Shown piece by piece: positions 58,159 through 64,000 of a DNA stretch of 64,000 bases. Each line of letters opens with the position of its first letter. Position 1 is the stretch's first letter. The notes beneath the pieces were generated by a model, which was not told the DNA's origin, ran no database searches, and saw only the letters and a list, made by a program, of their open reading frames with translations. This DNA comes from Candidatus Levyibacteriota bacterium (GTDB lineage: Bacteria > Patescibacteriota > Microgenomatia > Levybacterales > UBA12049). The stretch spans positions 37,756 through 101,755 of the forward strand of contig JBPOIT010000011.1 of NCBI GenBank assembly GCA_052034235.1, read 5' to 3'. The position numbers and the translations under genes were made by a program.

Positions 58159-59817
58159 ATGAACGCTGCCCTAATCGAAGAACTCAAAAGCATCCTAGAC
58201 GGTGATGTGGCTACTGATGAAGAAACTCTCATCAAATATAACCATGACGCTAGTATTTTTGCGGTTAAACCACAAATTGTTGTTTTCCCAAAAAATGATG
58301 ATGATATAAAAAAACTAGTAAATATTGTCGCGAAATACAAACACGCATTTCCAGATCTCTCACTCACCGCTCGTGCTGCAAGTACGTGCATGTCTGGAGG
58401 CGGCCTTACTGATTCAATCCTTGTTGCCTTCCAAAAATATTTTAATCACAAACCAAAAGTTGACGTTAAAGCAAGAACAGCAAGCGTTGAGCCAGGAGTT
58501 TTTTATAGAGACTTTGAAAAGGAAACCGTCAAACACAAACTGCTCTACCCTGCTTATCCATCATCTCGTGAACTCTGCGCGATTGGCGGGATGATTAACA
58601 ACAACGCCGGTGGTGAAAAATCCCTCGAATTCGGAAAGGCCGAAGACTATGTCCATTCATCAAAAATGGTGCTCGCAGACGGCAACGAATATACTTTCAG
58701 CAAACTCAACGAAACTGAGCTTCATAAAAAAATGAAGCAGCAGGATTTTGAAGGAGAAATTTACCGTGAGATTTTTAAACTTATCGATGACAATTACGAA
58801 ATACTCCAAAGCGCCAAACCAGATGTGAGCAAAAATTCAGCGGGCTATTATCTCTGGAACGTTTATGACCGTGAGAAAAAAACATTTGATTTGAATAAAT
58901 TATTTGTAGGGGCACAAGGAACACTCGGACTCATGACAGAAGTGGAACTCAAACTTGTCCCGGTTACCAAACACTCAGAAATGCTCGTAATCCTTCTTAA
59001 TGATTTTTCTCACCTGTCAGATATCGTTAATGCGGTACTCCCACTGAAACCAAATAGTTTTGAGACCTATGATGATAAAACATTGAAGCTTGCGCTGCGT
59101 TTCTTCCCGGAATTTGCAAAAAAACTTGGTACAAGAAGTCTCCTTACAACCGCACTTAAATTCTTACCTGAACTTGAATTGTTTGAAAAAAATAAGCTGC
59201 CTAAACTTGTTCTACAAGTTGAATTTACCGGAGATGATAAAAAAGAATTGCAGGATAAAATTTATGAACTGCAAAAAAGACTTGCGCCTCTTCATCCTGA
59301 TACTCGGGTTGTTCTTGAAGAAGATGAGAAAAAATATTGGCTTATCCGCCGCGACAGTTTTGGACTTTTACGAAGCCATATTAAAGACATGTATTCATCA
59401 CCTTTTATTGATGATATTATCGTCAAACCCGAATTTCTACCCGAATTCCTCCCACGATTTAACAAAATACTCAAGCGCTATCCCTCATTCATTGCGACAT
59501 TCGCAGGCCATATCGGAAACGGTAATTTCCACGTCATTCCACTTGTGAAGCTAACCGATCCAAATCAGCAGCGCCTCATTCCAAAATTGAGTGAGGAAGT
59601 TTTTGCGCTTGTTATGGAATACAAAGGCTCAACAAGCGGTGAACACAATGATGGTCTTATCCGTACTCCCTATCTGCCTATGCAGTTTGACCACATCATT
59701 CTTGAGCTTTTTGAAAAAACCAAACACATTTTTGATCCGCACGGCATCTTCAACCCTAGAAAAAAAGTCAAAGGCGACCTAGCTTACGCCATGCGCCACA
59801 TTAGAACTTCCTGGTAA
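58159..59817 (+). CDS. FAD-linked oxidase (FAD_binding_4 plus C-terminal domain; GlcD/D-lactate dehydrogenase-like)
   Basis: FAD-binding PCMH-type region (FPKNDDDIKKLVNIVAKYK...TARAASTCMSGGG). The C-terminal HIGNGNFHV is typical of FAD-oxidase C domains. Start at MNAALIEEL (58159), 2 nt after the tkt-C stop. Confidence 0.85.
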   Translation: MNAALIEELKSILDGDVATDEETLIKYNHDASIFAVKPQIVVFPKNDDDIKKLVNIVAKYKHAFPDLSLTARAASTCMSGGGLTDSILVAFQKYFNHKPKVDVKARTASVEPGVFYRDFEKETVKHKLLYPAYPSSRELCAIGGMINNNAGGEKSLEFGKAEDYVHSSKMVLADGNEYTFSKLNETELHKKMKQQDFEGEIYREIFKLIDDNYEILQSAKPDVSKNSAGYYLWNVYDREKKTFDLNKLFVGAQGTLGLMTEVELKLVPVTKHSEMLVILLNDFSHLSDIVNAVLPLKPNSFETYDDKTLKLALRFFPEFAKKLGTRSLLTTALKFLPELELFEKNKLPKLVLQVEFTGDDKKELQDKIYELQKRLAPLHPDTRVVLEEDEKKYWLIRRDSFGLLRSHIKDMYSSPFIDDIIVKPEFLPEFLPRFNKILKRYPSFIATFAGHIGNGNFHVIPLVKLTDPNQQRLIPKLSEEVFALVMEYKGSTSGEHNDGLIRTPYLPMQFDHIILELFEKTKHIFDPHGIFNPRKKVKGDLAYAMRHIRTSW

Positions 59818-59863
59818 CACATGCCGTGATTGATATCACAGCGCGTAGAACACCTTTTCATAT

Positions 59864-60307
59864 ATGCTAAATTCTAGGATGAAAAAATGGATTGCGATTA
59901 TTGTTTTAGTTTTGGGGACAATCGGGATAGTTTTTTTCTACTTTCAAATAGGCAATAATACAAACACTATGCAAACAAACCAAGCGACATCAGATCGTTT
60001 ACAACCTGCGGACTTTCAAAAAGCCCTTGCCAGCGGAGAGTATACATTGCTGGACATCCGCACAATCGAAGAATATAACGAAGGCCATTTGAAAGATGCC
60101 ATTCAAAAAGACTTTTATCTAACTGACTCATTCACACAATATCTTCAGTCACTTGATAAAAACAAAAAATATTTAATTTATTGCAGGTCTGGAAATAGAT
60201 CAGGTAAAGCACTGACACAAATGAAAGGCATGGGCTTTACCAACGTCGCGGACTTAGAAGGCGGTATTGGTGCATGGACAGCCGCGAATCTCCCCCTCGA
60301 AAAATAA
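59864..60307 (+). CDS. Rhodanese-domain protein (sulfurtransferase-like), membrane-anchored
   Basis: N-terminal TM. YTLLDIRTIEEYNEGHLKDAI...YLIYCRSGNRSGKA has the catalytic Cys loop. Confidence 0.85.
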   Translation: MLNSRMKKWIAIIVLVLGTIGIVFFYFQIGNNTNTMQTNQATSDRLQPADFQKALASGEYTLLDIRTIEEYNEGHLKDAIQKDFYLTDSFTQYLQSLDKNKKYLIYCRSGNRSGKALTQMKGMGFTNVADLEGGIGAWTAANLPLEK

Positions 60308-60337
60308 TAGAACCTCGCTTGTAGTATAATCAAAAGC

Positions 60338-61525
60338 ATGAAAAAGACTGTTGTCCTTGGCGTTACAAGCGGCATTGCCGCATTTAAAAGCGTTGAGCTG
60401 GTAAAACTACTTAAAGAGGAAAATATCGATGTCCACGTCATTCTGACTGAAAAAGCAGCAAGTATTGTTTCACCTGCAGAACTTGAGACTATTTCTGGTA
60501 ATAAAGTTCACCGTGAGCTGTTTGAGAAAGATTTCGATTATAAAAAAATCCTCAATACTCGAAAAGTTGATCACATAGCACTAGCCGATTCAGCCGATGC
60601 TTTTGTGATTGCACCAGCAACCGCTAATACACTCGCAAAAATCGCTCATGGTTTTGCTGACGACTTCCTCACAACAACTCTTCTCGCGGTGACCAAACCC
60701 GTCATCATTTGTCCCTCGATGAACGTGCATATGTGGAACAACCCGATAGTCAAAGAAAATCTGGAAAAAATAAAAAAGTTAGGCTATGTAATCGTCAAAC
60801 CCGCATCAGGCATGCTTGCTTGTGGTTATGAAGGTGAAGGCAAACTTGAAGAATTGGAAGTCATAAAAAGCGAAATCATGTGCCAACTTGAACGTTCAAC
60901 CGCTTTGAAAGGTAAAAAGTTCATCGTCACTGCCGGTGGTACAAAAGAGAAAATTGATGATGTGAGGTTTATTACCAATAGAAGTTCAGGCAAAATGGGT
61001 GCTGCTATTGTAGAGGCATTATTTCTCCGCGGTGCCGATGTACTTCTCATCAGGGCAAAAGATGCCGTAAAACCTCGCTATGTTGTAAATGAGCTCACTT
61101 TTGAAACATCTGCAGAACTTTCGAATTTAATACAACAAAATGTACCAAACTATGACGTTATCTATCATGCTGCTGCTGTTTCAGATTTTCAAGTTGCTGA
61201 TCCGCACGCAGGTAAAATTTCAAGTAAAGAGGGCTTCACCCTGAGAATGGAACCACAAGCTAAAATCATCAATATAATCAAAGAGTGGAATCACAACATA
61301 AAACTCGTAGCATTTAAAGCAAGTGATGAAACAAACGAAGAGAAATTAATTGAAATTGTAAAAACGAAACTTACTGACAGCAAAGCGGATGCTATCGTTG
61401 CAAATGGGATGAACGCATTTGATAATGACACCAACGAAGTACTCATCGTACTCTCAAACGGAGACATAAAAAAACTGACAATGGCATCCAAACAAGAAAT
61501 TGCAAAACAACTTATTGATCTCTAA
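60338..61525 (+). CDS. coaBC: Bifunctional phosphopantothenoylcysteine decarboxylase / phosphopantothenate-cysteine ligase
   Basis: N-terminal flavoprotein domain (VLGVTSGIAAFKSVELVKLL...PAT-ANTLAKIAHGFADD). C-terminal DFP/CoaB domain (VTAGGTKEKIDDVRFITNRSSGKMG). Confidence 0.95.
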   Translation: MKKTVVLGVTSGIAAFKSVELVKLLKEENIDVHVILTEKAASIVSPAELETISGNKVHRELFEKDFDYKKILNTRKVDHIALADSADAFVIAPATANTLAKIAHGFADDFLTTTLLAVTKPVIICPSMNVHMWNNPIVKENLEKIKKLGYVIVKPASGMLACGYEGEGKLEELEVIKSEIMCQLERSTALKGKKFIVTAGGTKEKIDDVRFITNRSSGKMGAAIVEALFLRGADVLLIRAKDAVKPRYVVNELTFETSAELSNLIQQNVPNYDVIYHAAAVSDFQVADPHAGKISSKEGFTLRMEPQAKIINIIKEWNHNIKLVAFKASDETNEEKLIEIVKTKLTDSKADAIVANGMNAFDNDTNEVLIVLSNGDIKKLTMASKQEIAKQLIDL

Positions 61526-61582
61526 TTGTCTGGTTTTTGTCTTGCAAAAAAGTTTGGTAACCGCTAGTATAGGTAACATACT

Positions 61583-62554
61583 ATGGCTCTTATTACACTT
61601 CGCAAACTCCTCGACAAAGCAGCAGAAGGCAATTACGGCGTTGGCGGATTTAACGTTAACAACATGGAGCAAATTCAGGCAATTATGGAAGCTGCCAAAG
61701 AAACTGACTCTCCTGTCATTCTCCAGGCTTCACGCGGCGCAAGGCAATATGCCAATGATAAATTTCTCTATCACCTCATGCTCGCAGCAGTTGAACTGTA
61801 TCCCGATATACCAATCGTCCTTCATCAAGATCATGGCAGCGTTGAAGCGTGCAAATCAGCAATTGATATGGGATATACCAGTGTCATGATTGACGGCTCC
61901 CTCAAAGACGATCATAAAACACCAGCATCATACGAAGAAAATATCGCTGTGACCAAAGAAGTTGTCGCCTATGCACGAGATAAAGGAGTTTCTGTCGAAG
62001 CAGAACTCGGTGTGATTGGTGGGATTGAGGACGGTGCAGGAACTGGCGATATGAAGAGCGAATACCTCACTGACCCAGACCAGGCTGTTGAATTTGTAAA
62101 AGAGACAGGCGTTGATGCGCTCGCTGTTGCAGTCGGTACAAGTCACGGTGTCTATAAATTCTCAAAAAAGCCAGATCGATCTGTTCTTGTGATGGATCGC
62201 ATTGTTGAAATTCATAAGCGTTTACCAACCACGCATTTGGTTATGCACGGCTCATCAAGTATTCCTCAAGAATTATTACAAATCATCAATCAATACGGCG
62301 GACAAATAAAACCGACGTTCGGCGTACCCGTTGAAGAAATCCAACTTGGCATCCAGCACGGCGTTCGCAAAGTAAATGTCGACACAGACACTCGCCTTGC
62401 GGTTACCGCTGCAATACGAAAATTCTTTATCGAACATCCTGAAAAATTTGATCCTCGCGAATACATGACTGAAGCACGAGAAGCAAACAAACAAATGATC
62501 CTCGATAGAATGAAAGCCTTCGGCCAAGCAGGCCATGCAGGAGATTTTAGATAA
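61583..62554 (+). CDS. fba: Class II fructose-bisphosphate aldolase
   Basis: [44 protein letters not shown] and GTSHG are class II FBA/TBP aldolase signatures. Confidence 0.95.
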   Translation: MALITLRKLLDKAAEGNYGVGGFNVNNMEQIQAIMEAAKETDSPVILQASRGARQYANDKFLYHLMLAAVELYPDIPIVLHQDHGSVEACKSAIDMGYTSVMIDGSLKDDHKTPASYEENIAVTKEVVAYARDKGVSVEAELGVIGGIEDGAGTGDMKSEYLTDPDQAVEFVKETGVDALAVAVGTSHGVYKFSKKPDRSVLVMDRIVEIHKRLPTTHLVMHGSSSIPQELLQIINQYGGQIKPTFGVPVEEIQLGIQHGVRKVNVDTDTRLAVTAAIRKFFIEHPEKFDPREYMTEAREANKQMILDRMKAFGQAGHAGDFR

Positions 62555-62565
62555 ATTAAAGAGTT

Positions 62566-63555
62566 TTAACTGAGGAGTTCCTTCATTTCGTCTTTTTTGA
62601 GAAGTCCGGCTTGTGCACCAATGTGTGACACGACTGATGAAGCATTAATTGCGCCCCAGAGCATAGAATCAGGAAGACCGATGCCTTGTACAGCAGCAGC
62701 CAAAAATCCAGCTGAGAATGCATCACCTGCACCAGTTCGTTCCACGAGTTCACCTGGATACATTTCTTGAAAATAGATTTCTTTTTTCTCATCAATCGCA
62801 TACGAGCCATGTCGACCATTTGTCATCACAATTGTTTTCGGACCAAGTTTTTGAAGCTTTTGCATAAGTTCGACCATATATTCTCTATTATCAGGTGAAT
62901 CAGCAGCTACTTTTTGATTAATTAAATGTTCGCCTTCTTCTTTGTTGAGAATTAAGATATCGGTCGACTTCATCACATGATGCACCGTTTCGCGACCTTC
63001 ATGAATTTGTCTTGAGCCTGGATTAAAAACGAGACATGCTTTTTGCTCTTTTACGAAATCAACAATTTTCCTATACGGTTCCTGCCACTTATTACCCATA
63101 CTTGTCAGATATACCATATCTGTTGTTACGTCATTCAGCTGAAAATCATGTTCTCGCTCAACATTTTGGACAAAGACAGTACGTTCGTTATGATAATTGA
63201 TAATAACTGAGAAGTTTGAGGCTCCGTGCACTTGATTAACAAATAGTCGTTCAACTTGCTCACTGGCGAGAAGATTACGGATTTTTATTGAGAATTCATC
63301 ATCACCTGTTTCTGAACATAACGTTGCTTTGACACCAAGTCTATTTAAACCAACAGCAACATTGGTAGCATTACCGCCAATCGTGAAATCATATCGCTCA
63401 ACATCAATTTTATCTCCGTGGGAAAAACTTAACAAACTGTGCTCAGCATCATATGAAATACTGTCACTTGAACGAGGCAATGTCATATACGCATCAATCG
63501 TTGACTCGCCAACTGTTATTACTTTATAGTGTCTTATGACACGTTGTGAATCCAT
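62566..63555 (-). CDS. PfkB-family carbohydrate kinase (ribokinase-like fold)
   Basis: GGNATNVAVGLNRLG (N-terminal GG motif) and TGAGDAFSAGFLAA (C-terminal DTxGAGD anion hole). Start trimmed to MDSQRVIRHYKVITVG (63555). It lies next to fba. Confidence 0.85.
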   Translation of the reverse strand: MDSQRVIRHYKVITVGESTIDAYMTLPRSSDSISYDAEHSLLSFSHGDKIDVERYDFTIGGNATNVAVGLNRLGVKATLCSETGDDEFSIKIRNLLASEQVERLFVNQVHGASNFSVIINYHNERTVFVQNVEREHDFQLNDVTTDMVYLTSMGNKWQEPYRKIVDFVKEQKACLVFNPGSRQIHEGRETVHHVMKSTDILILNKEEGEHLINQKVAADSPDNREYMVELMQKLQKLGPKTIVMTNGRHGSYAIDEKKEIYFQEMYPGELVERTGAGDAFSAGFLAAAVQGIGLPDSMLWGAINASSVVSHIGAQAGLLKKDEMKELLS

Positions 63556-63619
63556 ACTTCTAGCATAGAATATCCGTGAAAACAAATGCAAGAAGGAGAA
63601 TTTCTGTATAATAGAAAGT

Positions 63620-64000
63620 ATGTTCAAAAAAGTCTTATTAGTACTCGCTATTGTACTAATTGCAGCATCCGCCGCTTATTTTTATCTTTCACAAACCTAT
63701 CCTGGAACTTCACCATTTCTTACAGGTTCGTATTATATTGAAAGCATTATGAAGCCACATAGTAAACTTAACAAACATGTCATGGGATTTTTGCCTTATT
63801 GGCGTGTTGATGATATCGACAATATCAAACCACAGCATCTTTCAGAAATTAACTATTTCAGCATCTCACCAGATACTGATGGAAAAATTACCAAACAGAT
63901 AAACGGTGAAACAGAACCAGGCTTTCGCGAATGGAATACTGAAAAGATGAAAAACTTTAAAACGAAAAGCCAAATTATGGGCACCGACTTCACAATTACT
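63620..64000 (+). CDS. Partial secreted protein, possibly glycoside-hydrolase-18-like. Truncated by the window end
   Basis: ATG at 63620. Signal anchor MFKKVLLVLAIVLIAASAAYF. HVMGFLPYWRVDD resembles the start of GH18 barrels (weak). Confidence 0.45.
   Translation, partial: MFKKVLLVLAIVLIAASAAYFYLSQTYPGTSPFLTGSYYIESIMKPHSKLNKHVMGFLPYWRVDDIDNIKPQHLSEINYFSISPDTDGKITKQINGETEPGFREWNTEKMKNFKTKSQIMGTDFTIT

Noticed and set aside
57690-58391. 233-aa minus-strand ORF
   Set aside because: Antisense to the transketolase C-subunit and FAD-oxidase genes, which have strong family motifs.
61500-61889. 129-aa plus-strand ORF bridging coaBC and fba
   Set aside because: It overlaps the coaBC 3' end and the fba 5' end out of frame. 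Both flanking genes are well supported.
1-64000. Search for CRISPR arrays, rRNA and tRNA genes
   Set aside because: No short regularly spaced direct repeats, no rRNA-like conserved blocks and no tRNA T-loop/acceptor patterns were noticed in any intergenic spacer. The only exact repeat found is the 43-bp pair at 8716 and 10079, which is a gene-end duplication, not a CRISPR.

Overview
The window reads as a gene-dense, low-GC bacterial chromosome segment with about 60 protein genes. I found no rRNA, tRNA or CRISPR arrays by eye. Its gene content (split transketolase, a PIF1 helicase, a UPF0182 giant membrane protein, many membrane-anchored secreted hydrolases) is reminiscent of small-genome Patescibacteria-like bacteria, but no taxonomic check was possible.

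The conserved backbone includes rpsF-ssb-rpsR with ychF and a carboxyl-terminal processing protease. On the right side of the window lie greA, htpX, coaBC, fba, transketolases, glycerate kinase and a PfkB kinase. The middle 7-33 kb looks accessory.

The most unusual locus is an operon at 20.2-25.8 kb. An OmpR-type regulator, a 35-aa micro-ORF and an intramembrane sensor kinase are translationally coupled to a 651-aa fusion protein. That fusion joins a class II terpene-cyclase-like domain (QW motifs plus DxDDT) to a squalene/phytoene-synthase-like domain. Two membrane proteins follow.

Other notable items are listed below.
- A perfect 43-bp direct repeat (8716-8758 and 10079-10121) duplicates the 3' end of a small membrane-protein gene. 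It brackets a 1.36-kb segment carrying an orphan ORF, like attL/attR sites of a tiny integrated cassette.
- A delta-9 acyl-CoA-desaturase-like protein keeps recognisable His-boxes but has long insertions.
- A putative copper-handling cluster has YcnI/DUF1775 proteins and a polytopic membrane protein with duplicated HxHP domains.
- An 1118-aa internally duplicated PepSY-CPBP membrane protease lies immediately upstream of rpsF.
- A large secreted unknown protein is wedged between two orphan sensor kinases.
- There is an operon of a membrane protein, a secreted thermonuclease and an unknown 467-aa protein.
- Two paralogous Cys-rich surface proteins carry PT-linkers.
- Adjacent fused and split transketolase copies occur.

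All functional calls rest on motif recognition by eye in the supplied translations. No database search was run.
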